This document shows, in pieces, positions 1 through 10,251 of a stretch of DNA of 64,000 bases. Position 1 is the stretch's first letter, and each line of letters starts with the position of its first letter. Location: NCBI GenBank assembly GCA_903931945.1, contig CAIZEI010000061.1, positions 2,994 through 66,993 of the forward strand. Reading direction: 5' to 3'. Below the pieces are notes generated by a model, which had not been told where the DNA came from, did not search any database, and saw only the letters and a list, made by a program, of their open reading frames with translations. Origin of the DNA: an uncultured Hyphomicrobiales bacterium (GTDB lineage: Bacteria > Pseudomonadota > Alphaproteobacteria > Rhizobiales > Beijerinckiaceae). The position numbers and the translations under genes are program-made.

Positions 1-1134
1 AAGGCGATCCGGATTTCCAATGATGGAAATACCGGCATTGGCGATGTCAAAGCGACCGAGGCGTATTTGTTTTGCCGAGAGTCGCAGATCGACGTCCGCG
101 CCCATTAACCGGTCAATGTTCAGTGGCGTGCGACTCCATTCCCCCTCAGGAGTAAATGTGGCGGGCGCGAGGCTCGCCAGTGCTGTCAGATCGATTTTTT
201 CTGCCGCCAGCGTTCCGTCAATCTGCGGGCGATCGTTGTGCATGAACGCAGTCAGCGAGCCGTCAAATCGCGACCCGCCCAGAGCCACCCGCGCGCGCGA
301 CAACGTCAATCCCCGCGCATTGAGTTTTACCGTGGAGTTCACGGACAACGCGCCGAAATCCTGCGGACCTGACAGATCGACGCCAAACATCGCAGCCAGG
401 CCATCGATGGCTGGCGCCGTCAGTCTGGCCGCGCCTTCAAATTCGGGCGGGGCGGCGGCGGCAATGGCGCCATCGACGGAGGCGTTCAGCAGCGCACAAT
501 CGAAACTTGCGAGGACTGGCGAGCGACCGTCCGAGGCAGGCTGGCCGATCCACAGAGCCGTCTGCACAGGCTGGCTCCGCCAGATAAAGCTTCCACGCGC
601 GGAAACAGGCGCTGCCCGCTCCGACATATCGATCGTCAGATCGATGCCCGTGATTTCAGATAGCCATTGACCATTGTTGCGTCGCAATGTTGCGTGACCG
701 TCAATCAGACCGATTGCGCCAAGCGTCCGCGCCAGGGCGTCGCCTGAACGGGGCCGGGCTGCCGCAGTCCGCAAGTTTTCGCCAGCTTTGTCCAGATCGA
801 TATCTATCCGGGGCTCGACCAAAGTGACGTTCGAGAGTTCGATGCGACCGGCAATCAGCGGCAAAAGCCGGAGATCGCCACGCAGGTAATCGGCTTCGAT
901 ATTCAGCGCCCCGCTGGCGTCATGCGCCCGGAACTCTGCGATCTTGATTCTCGGACGCGGCAGAAGCGCAAAAATCGCGTTCCCGCGGGCTTCGGCCTGG
1001 AGATCCGAAATATGGCTTGCCTGACGCGAGATCTCCTCCCGCAGCGCCGCGCCTGAAAATGGCCATGGCGCCAAGCAAAGGCCGACAGCGACAGCAAGCG
1101 CGGCGCCGGAAAACAACTTCTGCCTGCCGTTCAT
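1..1134 (-). CDS. AsmA-family protein, N-terminal part (runs off left edge)
   Basis: Manual minus-strand translation from ATG at 1134 (alternative ATG 1167): MNGRQKLFSGAALAVAVGLCLAPWPFSGAALREEISRQ...LLPRPRIKI...LRLLPLIAGRIELSNVTLVEPRIDIDLD, a typical AsmA N-terminus (anchor helix, then LxLLPLLxGxIE motif). Absent from the ORF track, consistent with no stop before the edge. Confidence 0.75.
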   Translation of the reverse strand, partial: MNGRQKLFSGAALAVAVGLCLAPWPFSGAALREEISRQASHISDLQAEARGNAIFALLPRPRIKIAEFRAHDASGALNIEADYLRGDLRLLPLIAGRIELSNVTLVEPRIDIDLDKAGENLRTAAARPRSGDALARTLGAIGLIDGHATLRRNNGQWLSEITGIDLTIDMSERAAPVSARGSFIWRSQPVQTALWIGQPASDGRSPVLASFDCALLNASVDGAIAAAAPPEFEGAARLTAPAIDGLAAMFGVDLSGPQDFGALSVNSTVKLNARGLTLSRARVALGGSRFDGSLTAFMHNDRPQIDGTLAAEKIDLTALASLAPATFTPEGEWSRTPLNIDRLMGADVDLRLSAKQIRLGRFDIANAGISIIGNPDRL

Positions 1135-1506
1135 GTTCGATATACGACCCTGCTTCGCCAATTGCATATGTCCGGATCGTCCAGCAAGCGCGCTACCGGA
1201 GCGGCTCAATCGCAAAATCGGCGAATTCCGCCACGCCGCGAGACAGCCGCACTCTCAAGCCGGGACTGAGATATTCATTTATCCGGTAAACAACATTTGA
1301 GACCCAATTAGGGCAGGGCGCGGTCTTTGGCGGTGTCCGGAAGTGCGCTGAACAACTTGCCAAGGCGAGGCCGCTGCGCCTGCGTCGGGCGATTTTTGCG
1401 TTTGAATGGATGTGCGATTGACTGGTTCAATCGCTGCGGCGAAACAAACATACGAAAGCCTCGTGCGGAAACCGCAATGCGATCCGCGCGGCGCACTTGT
1501 CGTTGC

Positions 1507-4500
1507 CTATTCCGCAGCGTGACCCACCGGAACCGCCTCGGGCGCTTCCTGAAGCTCGCTGTCTTTCGAAGATCCCGAGATGTAGCTGTCGACAAAATCG
1601 AGATAGTAATAAATCACCGGGGTGATGTAGAGCGTCAGCAACTGCGACACGCAGAGTCCGCCGACGATCGCAATGCCGAGAGGTTGTCGCAATTCTGCGC
1701 CTGCGCCGGCGCCCAGGGCGATCGGCACGGCGCCAAGGCCCGCCGCCAGCGTGGTCATCGTAATGGGCCGGAACCTCACAATCGCGGCTTCGCGGATCGC
1801 GGGTAGCGCGCCGACGCCTTCGCGCCGTCGTTCCAGTGCGAAGTCGATCATCATGATCGCGTTTTTCTTGACGATCCCGATCAACAGCAGGATGCCGATG
1901 ATGGCGATCACCGAAAGGTCCATCCCGTACCATTGCAGCCAGAGCAAAGCGCCGACGCCGGCGGAGGGCAGGCCGGCAAGAATGGTCAGCGGATGAATAT
2001 AGCTCTCGTAGAGCACGCCGAGCACGATATAGATCGTCAACAGCGCGGCCAGAATGAGCGGCACCTGACCCTTCTGGGCGTCCTGGAACAATTTTGCCGA
2101 ACCGGTGAAACTGGTTGTCACAGATGCAGGCATGTTCAATTCACGTTCGAGTTTTTGAACTTGTTCGACCGCGTCGCCGATTGCCACGCCTGTCGCTGTG
2201 TTGAACGAAATCGTGACCGATGGCTGCTGCGACTGGCGGTTGATCCACAGCGGGCCAATACCGCGGCGGATGGTCGCGACCTGATCCAGCGGGACGATCG
2301 GCGCCGATGAAACGCCGCCCGAGGACGCGCCGCCGCCGGAGCCTGCGGAGCCCGCCGAAGCGCGAATATAGACGCGCCCAAGAGCCGAGGGGTCGTCCTG
2401 GAACCGGTGCGCGGTCTCAAGAATGACCTGATAATCATCCGCCTGTGTGAAGATCGTCGATATTTGCGAGGAACCATAGGCGTTGTAAAGCGCTGAGCGG
2501 ATCTGATCGGCGTTGAGACCGAATGCGCCGGCTTTTGCCCGGTCAACGTCAATGTCGAGCTCCGGATTGGAAATTTGCAAATCGGAGTTCGTGTCCTTCA
2601 ATTCCGGCAGCGCCACCATTCGTGCGAACATGCGCTGCGCGATGTCGTACAGGGCCGGAAGATCGGGCGACTGGATTGTGTATTGATAGATCGCGCGCGA
2701 TTGCCGGCCGCCGTTGAGATTCAAATTCTGCACGGGCGAAAAAATCGCGTTGATGCCGGGCACCGAGGTCGCAAGTCCACGCAGGCGAGCAATGACCTTC
2801 TGAATGTCGCCGCGCTCGGCTTTGGGCTTGAGCGCGATAAACACTGACCCTTGATTGGTTCCGCCTTGTCCGACCGACGACGTAATATAATCGACGGCGG
2901 GATCAGCCTTGATCAGCCGGGCGATCTGCTTTTGCCGGTCGGCCATGGCGGGATAGGCGATATCGGAGGCAGCTTGCGTCAGGCCCGTGATAAATCCGGT
3001 ATCCTCAAGCGGGAAGAAGCCCTTGGGGATGGTCATAAACATATAGACGCTGAGAGCGAAAGTTCCAGGCGTGATCACTAACGCTGTGAAAAGCTTGTAC
3101 GACAGCACGATATCGAGCGACCAGCGATAAAAATCCGTCAAACCGTTGATCGCGCCGTCGACGACATTCCAGAAGAGTCCCTGTTTGGCGTGATGGTCAA
3201 TCGGCTTCAGCAAACGCGCGCAGAGCATTGGCGTTAGCGTCAGCGACACGAAGCCGGACACCAGAATGGCGCACGATATCGTTACAGCGAACTCGCGGAA
3301 CACGCGCCCGACGATGCCAGCCATCAGCAACACCGGAATAAACACGGCGACCAGCGAAAGCGTAATCGACAGAATGGTGAAACCGATTTCTTTGGACCCT
3401 CTGACCGCAGCATCGAACGGGCGCTCGCCCTCTTCGATGTGACGGACGATATTTTCAAGCATAACGATGGCGTCATCGACGACGAAGCCCACCGCCAGCG
3501 TCACCGCGAGCAAAGAAATATTATCAATCGAATAGCCGAAAAGATACATAAAGGCGCAGGTGCCGATCAACGAAACGGGCAGCGCCAGAGACGGAATCAG
3601 GGTTGCGGCGATCGATTTCAGGAAGAGATAAATCACCATAATGACGAGCGCGACGGCGATCGCAAGAGTCACTTTGACGTCCTCGATCGACTCACGGATC
3701 GACTTCGAACGGTCGTTCAAAACCGCCGCATTGACCGAAGGCGGCAATTGCGCCTGATACTGCGGCAGATGCGCGCGGACCTGATCGACGACTTCGACGG
3801 TATTGGCGTCGGATTGCCGGAAAATCGCCAGGGCGATGCCGCGATTTTCGTTATGCCAGGCCGCGATCTGGTCGTTGGCGACCGAATCGATCACGGTGGC
3901 GACTTCTTTCAGATGAATGGGCGCGCCATTGCGCCAGGCCACAACAATATCGTTGAAATCCTCAGCCTTCGACATCTGGCCGGTGGCTTTCAGCTGCACA
4001 TTCTTGTCGATGCCGCGCAAGCCGCCCACAGGGGCTGTGGAATTGGCTGAAATGACCGCGCTTTTGATGTCGTTCAGGGTCAGTCCGCGCGCGAAGGCGA
4101 GGTCGGGGTCGGCGTCGATGCGCACCGCGTATTTTTGTTGACCGAGCACCAGCACCTGCGCAACGCCCGGCAATTGCGAAATGGCCGAGGAGAAAATTTC
4201 CTCCGCATAATCATCAACCGTGGCGAGGGGCAACGTTGCCGAACTCAACACAAGAATAAGCACCGGCGCATCGGCCGGATTGACCTTTCTGAAGCTCGGC
4301 GGGGCCGGCAACTGCGGCGGCAGGCGTCGCAGCGTGGCGGTAATATAGGATTGCACGTCGAGTGCGGCGCCATCGATATTGCGATCGAGATCGAATTGCA
4401 TCGTGATGTTCGAACCGCCATTGTTCGAACGCGACGTCATCAGGTCGATGCCGGGAATTTGCGCAAAAGCGCGCTCAAGCGGCGCGACGACCGATGTCGA

Positions 4501-4680
4501 CATGGTTTCAGGATTTGCGCCGGGCAAGCCGGTGAAGACCGAAATCGTCGGGAAATCCACGCGCGGCAGAGCCGACAGCGGCAGTTTCATATAGCCAAAA
4601 ATGCCGAACACGATGAACGACATCATCAACAATGTCGTCATCACCGGGCGGCGTATGCAGAGTTCGGGAAGCGACATCAA
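1507..4680 (-). CDS. RND efflux permease, AcrB/MdtB-C family
   Basis: 1057 aa; proton-relay motifs GFVVDDAIVMLENI, KKNAIMMIDF and RFRPITMTT; N-terminal IRRPV. Confidence 0.95.
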   Translation of the reverse strand: MMSLPELCIRRPVMTTLLMMSFIVFGIFGYMKLPLSALPRVDFPTISVFTGLPGANPETMSTSVVAPLERAFAQIPGIDLMTSRSNNGGSNITMQFDLDRNIDGAALDVQSYITATLRRLPPQLPAPPSFRKVNPADAPVLILVLSSATLPLATVDDYAEEIFSSAISQLPGVAQVLVLGQQKYAVRIDADPDLAFARGLTLNDIKSAVISANSTAPVGGLRGIDKNVQLKATGQMSKAEDFNDIVVAWRNGAPIHLKEVATVIDSVANDQIAAWHNENRGIALAIFRQSDANTVEVVDQVRAHLPQYQAQLPPSVNAAVLNDRSKSIRESIEDVKVTLAIAVALVIMVIYLFLKSIAATLIPSLALPVSLIGTCAFMYLFGYSIDNISLLAVTLAVGFVVDDAIVMLENIVRHIEEGERPFDAAVRGSKEIGFTILSITLSLVAVFIPVLLMAGIVGRVFREFAVTISCAILVSGFVSLTLTPMLCARLLKPIDHHAKQGLFWNVVDGAINGLTDFYRWSLDIVLSYKLFTALVITPGTFALSVYMFMTIPKGFFPLEDTGFITGLTQAASDIAYPAMADRQKQIARLIKADPAVDYITSSVGQGGTNQGSVFIALKPKAERGDIQKVIARLRGLATSVPGINAIFSPVQNLNLNGGRQSRAIYQYTIQSPDLPALYDIAQRMFARMVALPELKDTNSDLQISNPELDIDVDRAKAGAFGLNADQIRSALYNAYGSSQISTIFTQADDYQVILETAHRFQDDPSALGRVYIRASAGSAGSGGGASSGGVSSAPIVPLDQVATIRRGIGPLWINRQSQQPSVTISFNTATGVAIGDAVEQVQKLERELNMPASVTTSFTGSAKLFQDAQKGQVPLILAALLTIYIVLGVLYESYIHPLTILAGLPSAGVGALLWLQWYGMDLSVIAIIGILLLIGIVKKNAIMMIDFALERRREGVGALPAIREAAIVRFRPITMTTLAAGLGAVPIALGAGAGAELRQPLGIAIVGGLCVSQLLTLYITPVIYYYLDFVDSYISGSSKDSELQEAPEAVPVGHAAE

Positions 4681-5948
4681 AAGCCCTCTTTCCTGGCTTG
4701 GCCCTTGTCATCCTGAGGCACAACCCGAGAACCGTCCGCAAGCAGCAGAGCGCCATCGGTGACGACCGTTTCGTCGCCTTTCAGCCCGTCAAGGATAATA
4801 TCGCGACCGTCCTGGGAACGACCGACCTTCACCTTTTGAAGGTGCGCAACGTTATTTTCAACGGTGTAAACGTAGTTGCCAACCTGACCGGCCTGCGTCG
4901 CCGATCGTGGAATTGTTATGACGTCTGGATCGGTTTTCAATGTCACGCGCACCGTGCACAATTGTCCCGGCCATAGGATATCTCCGGGGTTATCAAAAAT
5001 GGCGCGGATGGTAATCGTGCCCGTGGAGGGATCGATTGCGTTGTCGAGCACGGCAATTTTCCCGGTGGCGGTTTTATTGCCGCCCTGCGGGGTTGCGACA
5101 ACCTGGCCTTCGCCTCGCTCCACAGCCTCGCGCAGAGGCGCCAGCGCCACTTGCGGAACGGAGAAGGCGACATAGATGGGCGACGTCTGGGCAATGGTCG
5201 CCAGAATGCCCGTCGCCGTATTGTCCGCCGTGCGGATAATATTGCCGGCTTTGGCGCTGAATGTGCCAACATGCCCGTTGATGGGCGACTTCAGGGTGTA
5301 CCAGGTCAACTGGACCTTGAGATTGTCGAGCGCCGCGTGATCCGCCGCCAATTGCGCTTTGGCGGCCATATTGGCGGTTTTTGCGTTGTCGAGGTTCAAT
5401 TGAGGGCCTGCGCCCTTGTTGAACAGATCCTGCGTCCGCCCGATATCGCGATCTGTTTGCTCGATGACTGTCGAATCCTTGGCGATGGCCGCCTCGGTTT
5501 GACGAATCTGCGCCTCGATTTGCCGCGTATCGAGCTTGACGAGCGGATCGCCGACTTTCACTGTGGCGCCATCGGCGACGAAAATCTGGTCGATCTGGGC
5601 ATCGACGCGCGATCTGACATTGACCACGGAAACGGGCTGAACCTGACCGACAGCGTCAACGCGCAGCGGAAACGGGCCGCGTTGCACCTTTTCCACTGTC
5701 ACGGGCGCAGGTGGCCGCTGGACGACTGGCGATTGTCCCTGCCGGAGCGGGGCGTTAGCGACCGTTGTCGCTGGCAGGTTAGCCTTGGCGCCAGGAAGCA
5801 TCGCGCGAATGGAGGCGGTTTTCTCGATCCAGCCGGGAAAGCGTTCCTCAATAGGCGCAGGCCAATAGACGCCCGCAGCAAGGGCGCCGCCTGCGATTGC
5901 TAGCAACGTCAGACTTTTGGTTCCCAATCGATCCCCCTGCGGCGCCAA
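4677..5948 (-). CDS. RND periplasmic adaptor (MFP), MdtA-like
   Basis: N-terminal anchor, lipoyl-like VRSRVDAQI...VKVGDPL, coiled coil, IDPSTGTITIRA; 4-bp overlap with the RND gene. Exact start uncertain. Confidence 0.93.
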   Translation of the reverse strand: MAPQGDRLGTKSLTLLAIAGGALAAGVYWPAPIEERFPGWIEKTASIRAMLPGAKANLPATTVANAPLRQGQSPVVQRPPAPVTVEKVQRGPFPLRVDAVGQVQPVSVVNVRSRVDAQIDQIFVADGATVKVGDPLVKLDTRQIEAQIRQTEAAIAKDSTVIEQTDRDIGRTQDLFNKGAGPQLNLDNAKTANMAAKAQLAADHAALDNLKVQLTWYTLKSPINGHVGTFSAKAGNIIRTADNTATGILATIAQTSPIYVAFSVPQVALAPLREAVERGEGQVVATPQGGNKTATGKIAVLDNAIDPSTGTITIRAIFDNPGDILWPGQLCTVRVTLKTDPDVITIPRSATQAGQVGNYVYTVENNVAHLQKVKVGRSQDGRDIILDGLKGDETVVTDGALLLADGSRVVPQDDKGQARKEGF

Positions 5949-6098
5949 CTATTGGCCACATTGCCTCCCGGCTAGCCATGTTTGCCGCATTTGCCAGCAA
6001 ACCAAATTTTAAGCCTGCCATTTACACCGGTTCCAGAACCCGGGCAATGGCCGATTCGGGTCCTGTTCTGCACATTACGGAGAATTAACTTTGAGAAT

Positions 6099-6467
6099 TC
6101 AGGTTGGTTCGGAGGCGATGCGGGCAAAAGCGCCGGCGGCGGCGAGCCCCAGCCAGCCGACAATCATGATAACGCCGCCCGTGGGGGCCGCCATAGCCCA
6201 AGGTTTGATATTGAGCGTCGATCGCAACGCCAGATCGCCGGAAAACAGGATCGCGCCTGACGCCAGAGCGCTGGCGGCGGCCAGAATGGCGCGTTGCCGG
6301 CTGGCCAGACCAAGGGCGGCGACCGTCGATGCGTGCAACAGGAGGAACAGCGCTGCAGTCATCAAAAGATCGCCGCCGGCGCGGTGCGCCGACCAGGCGG
6401 CCAGCCCGACTCCAGTTGCGCCCATCGCGCCGGCTACGGAAATCAACGTTCTTCGCAAGCCCGTCAT
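6099..6467 (-). CDS. DUF423 small membrane protein
   Basis: From ATG 6467: GAMGATGVGLAAWSAH...LLHA...GAILFSGDL...APTGGVIMIVGW, the DUF423 pattern. Confidence 0.85.
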   Translation of the reverse strand: MTGLRRTLISVAGAMGATGVGLAAWSAHRAGGDLLMTAALFLLLHASTVAALGLASRQRAILAAASALASGAILFSGDLALRSTLNIKPWAMAAPTGGVIMIVGWLGLAAAGAFARIASEPT

Positions 6468-6617
6468 GTCGCCTCCCGATGTTCGCCGCCATTCACCAGA
6501 GCAGAAATTTGCGGCATGAATCAATGGCGCGCAATTTCTGCGCTGCGCAATCATTCGTAAATGAAATCCCGTCGATATGTAACAACTGGCGATGCGATCG
6601 TTTTGAAGGCGAACTCC

Positions 6618-7829
6618 ATGCGGGTCATCATCGTTTCCGACTATGCCTATATCAATGGCGGTCAAGCGAAAGTGTCAATCGAAAGCGCGTTGGGCTTGGC
6701 CGGGCGCGGCCACGAAGTCGTCTATTTTGCTGCGGTGGGGCCTGCCGATCCACGGCTTGCCGCCTCCGGCGTGAAAGTCGAATGTCTCGATCAAGGCGAT
6801 ATCGACACCACCGGGAAGGTCGCTTTTCTCATCCAAACCCTCTGGAATGCGCCGGCCCGGCGCCGTCTGGCGGACATTATAGCCGCCGGCGATCGGGCCG
6901 ATACCGTTGTTCATGTGCACGCCTGGGCGAAAGCGTTTTCGCCATCGATCGGGGCAGCAGTGCGCGAGGCGCGTTGTGGCCGGGTCTATACGATGCATGA
7001 GTTTTTCCTGGTCTGCCCGACCGGCGGGTTTTACGACTATCCCCATGCCCAGGTTTGCCACCGCGTTCCGATGTCGATGTCCTGCGTGACGACAAACTGC
7101 GACGGACAGTCTTACCCGCGCAAGGTTGCGCGCTTGGCGCGGCATCAGTTGCTGCAACTTGCCGGCATGCCGCGGGCGTTTTCACATATCGTCGCGATCA
7201 GCCAGCTGCAGTATGACGCGGCGCATGAATATCTACCGACGCAAGTGCAATGGCGGCGCGTGGACAATCCCGTTGACGCGGAGAATGTCGGGCCGAAAGC
7301 AGCGCTTGGGCAGGACTTCCTCTTTGTCGGGCGGCTTTCGCCGGAAAAAGGGATCGCTCATTTTTGCGAAGCGGCGCGCCTGGCTGGCGTCACGCCAACT
7401 ATTGCCGGCGACGGGCCCCTGCGGGACGAGTTGCGAACGAAATATCCCGAGGCTCGATTTCTGGGCTGGAAATCGGCATCGGAGTTGAAACAGATCATGC
7501 GCGCGGCGCGGGTTCTGGTGTTTCCATCGGTCTGGTACGAGGGCCAGCCGCTGACGGTGTATGAGTCAGTGGCGCTTGGCACGCCGGTCATTGTGAGCGA
7601 TGCCTGCGCCGGTCGCGAAGCGATCGTTCACGATGAAAACGGCCTCTGGTTCAAGTCCGCGGACGCGCGAGACCTGGCGCAGCGATTGCGCGCATTCGGC
7701 GACGACCCGTTGGCGTCGCGACTCAGCATTGGCGCGTGGACCCGCTACTGGAGCGCCCCATTGACGATGGAGCGACATCTTGCCGCAATCGAGACAGTCT
7801 ATCGCGAAGCCATAGCTGCGGCGTCGTAG
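6618..7829 (+). CDS. Glycosyltransferase family 4
   Basis: MRVIIVSDYAYINGGQAKV start (ORF track extends to 6561); FVGRLSPEKG; PSVWYEGQPLTVYESVALGTPVI (E-x7-E motif). Confidence 0.92.
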   Translation: MRVIIVSDYAYINGGQAKVSIESALGLAGRGHEVVYFAAVGPADPRLAASGVKVECLDQGDIDTTGKVAFLIQTLWNAPARRRLADIIAAGDRADTVVHVHAWAKAFSPSIGAAVREARCGRVYTMHEFFLVCPTGGFYDYPHAQVCHRVPMSMSCVTTNCDGQSYPRKVARLARHQLLQLAGMPRAFSHIVAISQLQYDAAHEYLPTQVQWRRVDNPVDAENVGPKAALGQDFLFVGRLSPEKGIAHFCEAARLAGVTPTIAGDGPLRDELRTKYPEARFLGWKSASELKQIMRAARVLVFPSVWYEGQPLTVYESVALGTPVIVSDACAGREAIVHDENGLWFKSADARDLAQRLRAFGDDPLASRLSIGAWTRYWSAPLTMERHLAAIETVYREAIAAAS

Positions 7830-9076
7830 GGTTCATCCCCGTTGTGTTGCTGCGCGAGCCAGCGATGCCGGGCGGCCTCAATTCCCCAGATGGCCCCCAG
7901 ATGCAGATAGACATGCCGCCAATGATCGATATCGATCTGGAAACCCTGCAGGAAAAACCCGAACAGCGCAGGAAAGAACACTTGCGCCATCGTGCGATAG
8001 GGCGAGCGGACAAAGCAAAGGCGGAAGCCGATAAAACAGGTAAATCCAACCAGCAGGATGAACGTGCAGCCGCCGAGCCAGCCGTAGGATGCGAAGGCGT
8101 TGACGAACGACGAATGCGGTTCAAGGCTGAAGTAATTCCGGAATCTGAGCGGACCGAACCCCAGCGGCGCCTCCAGCAACATTGGCAACGAGCGCATCTG
8201 GTTCCAGAAACGGGGATCGTCATATTCCTCGCCGACGCCCTGCGAGCGTTGCGTCGCCAGTGCGCGCACAGAGTCGATGGAAAGCAGGCCGGCAACCAGA
8301 ATGGCGGCCAACACGGTTGCGATGACCAGACCCGTAATGATCCGTTTGCGGACGCGCGCGTCTGGCGTAGCGACAATCGACATGCCGGTCATCAGCGCGC
8401 TCATCATGATCAACATGCCCCAGGAGCCGCGCGAGAACGAAAAGAAAATACCCGCGAGTATCGTGACAAGAACGACTGATGTGAACAACATATGTCTGGT
8501 TCGCCGCAACATGATCAATTGCATCGCGTAAAGCGCGCCCAAGATCTCGAACGAGCCAAACACATTGGGGTCTTTAAAGGTGCCGGCGGCGCGACCGTAG
8601 GCCGCGAATATTTCCCCGGTTCCCGCGACATTGAAATAGCCGCAGATGCCTGCGAGCGCGCCAATGAGGCAGGCCGCCGTAAAGGCTTTCAGGCAGAGCT
8701 CGCCTCGCTCCAGCGTTCGTTCGGCAAAAAACAATCCGAAAAAAAGCGCTGTAATATACAGATAGAATGACTGAAGTTCGAATACGACGGAATCGTGTTC
8801 ATTCCAGTATGGCGTCAATGAAATGAAACCCGCCAGCAGATAGATCGTCATCAGCATGAAATAGGGCACAAACATGCGGTGGATTTTGAAACCGCAGATG
8901 AACCAGACAGGTATCGCGACAAGCGAGACGAAATCATAGGGCGAGGGCTCCACGATTGCGACAGAACCGGTGACGACAAGAATATAAAAAAGGCCGTTGA
9001 CGAGCTTTTGCGAATTGAATCGCAAGCCGACTTTCGGTGCGACGCCGGACGTCGGCGCACAGGCGATTTCGCTCAC
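7799..9076 (-). CDS. O-antigen ligase / Wzy-like polymerase (UppF-like)
   Basis: Multi-TM protein with RAAGTFKDPNVFG, SFSRGSWG and HSSFVNAFASYGWLG. Likely GTG start at 9076 with GGAG upstream, overlapping the upstream gene's TGA. Confidence 0.88.
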   Translation of the reverse strand: MSEIACAPTSGVAPKVGLRFNSQKLVNGLFYILVVTGSVAIVEPSPYDFVSLVAIPVWFICGFKIHRMFVPYFMLMTIYLLAGFISLTPYWNEHDSVVFELQSFYLYITALFFGLFFAERTLERGELCLKAFTAACLIGALAGICGYFNVAGTGEIFAAYGRAAGTFKDPNVFGSFEILGALYAMQLIMLRRTRHMLFTSVVLVTILAGIFFSFSRGSWGMLIMMSALMTGMSIVATPDARVRKRIITGLVIATVLAAILVAGLLSIDSVRALATQRSQGVGEEYDDPRFWNQMRSLPMLLEAPLGFGPLRFRNYFSLEPHSSFVNAFASYGWLGGCTFILLVGFTCFIGFRLCFVRSPYRTMAQVFFPALFGFFLQGFQIDIDHWRHVYLHLGAIWGIEAARHRWLAQQHNGDEPYDAAAMASR

Positions 9077-10251
9077 TGCCGTCGCTCCATACCGTCGCCG
9101 GATATTTTGAGCCGGGTGCGAACGAGGTTTCTGGCGCCAGTGTCGCAGCCGTTCATTGCGATCTGGACGTAGTAAAGCCAGGGAGAATCGCCGGCATCCT
9201 CGAAGTTTCTGGATTTTGCATCTTCGTCCAATAATGAGGGATAGGCGATCAGCGATCCACCGCACGCGGATTCGTGAATGGTCTTGCCGGTCATCAGCAG
9301 TTTCGGGCGCGACCAGTCCAGCAAATTGGACGATGTTGCGTAATAAAAACCTGGAACCGGAATGTCTGCGTCATTGGCTTTGGCCATCCACACCGCGATC
9401 CATTTGCCGGTTGCGACGTGACGCACGATGGAGCCCACCGGCAAACCGAAAGGCTCTATGATTTTGCACGCGCGCGGGGCAGCGACCTTGCCGGCGTAGG
9501 GATCGGCATAGTGGATGGAGTAGCTGGCGCCATCGAAGGCGCGCCAGCTCGCGCTGTCCAGCGGATTGGGCGAACGAAACAGGCAGACGCCATTGTCCTG
9601 ACCCTGCCAGCCCGTGGTCGAGGCCATGAAATACGCATTGCCGCCATTGGAGACGATGTTCGACGGATTGAAAAAGCCGCGGTGCCGGCCTTGCCCGGAA
9701 TCCTGCGTAAATGGCGCAGAGGCTACAACCGCAGGCGTGTCGAGCGCGAAGGAATGGCCGCCATCGCTTGATGAAAACGACAGCACGGAATTGAACCAGC
9801 ACTCGATTGTTGCCTTGAACGCACATTTTTTGTGGTCTTCGGCATGATATTCGTGATGCACGATGCCGGTGACATGGCGACCGTCATCCGTCCATGTCGC
9901 AGTCATATAACGGCGATCATTATATTGCGCTGGATTGGCGGCGAGCCCGGACTCAAGCGCCGCCCTGCAATCGATTTTCAGATGCTGGAGGTCGGGCCCC
10001 CGCAAGGCCCGATTGATGTAATGCAGTGTGAACATCACTATATCGCCGGAATCGTCGCGGTAGGCGCGTGGGTCTATGTCCGGCGTGTCGATCGGAGCGC
10101 AGCCGTCGGTTTGCGAATTGTACATGATGGCGGTGGCGCCGCCAGCCAACGAGACAGAAATGTCGTCGGCGGAGGCCGGCGGCGCCAGACCTGCGATCGA
10201 TACGGCTGCAATCAGGCAGTATCGAAGGCGCGATAGCGGTTCAATACGCAT
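9073..10251 (-). CDS. Secreted hypothetical protein, probable beta-propeller glycoside-hydrolase-like fold
   Basis: Signal peptide ending ...APPASA-DD; Asp-box-like SSSDGGHSF and TSSNLLDWS; HHEYH motif; 8 Cys in the mature part; overlaps both neighbouring genes. Confidence 0.7.
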   Translation of the reverse strand: MRIEPLSRLRYCLIAAVSIAGLAPPASADDISVSLAGGATAIMYNSQTDGCAPIDTPDIDPRAYRDDSGDIVMFTLHYINRALRGPDLQHLKIDCRAALESGLAANPAQYNDRRYMTATWTDDGRHVTGIVHHEYHAEDHKKCAFKATIECWFNSVLSFSSSDGGHSFALDTPAVVASAPFTQDSGQGRHRGFFNPSNIVSNGGNAYFMASTTGWQGQDNGVCLFRSPNPLDSASWRAFDGASYSIHYADPYAGKVAAPRACKIIEPFGLPVGSIVRHVATGKWIAVWMAKANDADIPVPGFYYATSSNLLDWSRPKLLMTGKTIHESACGGSLIAYPSLLDEDAKSRNFEDAGDSPWLYYVQIAMNGCDTGARNLVRTRLKISGDGMERRQ

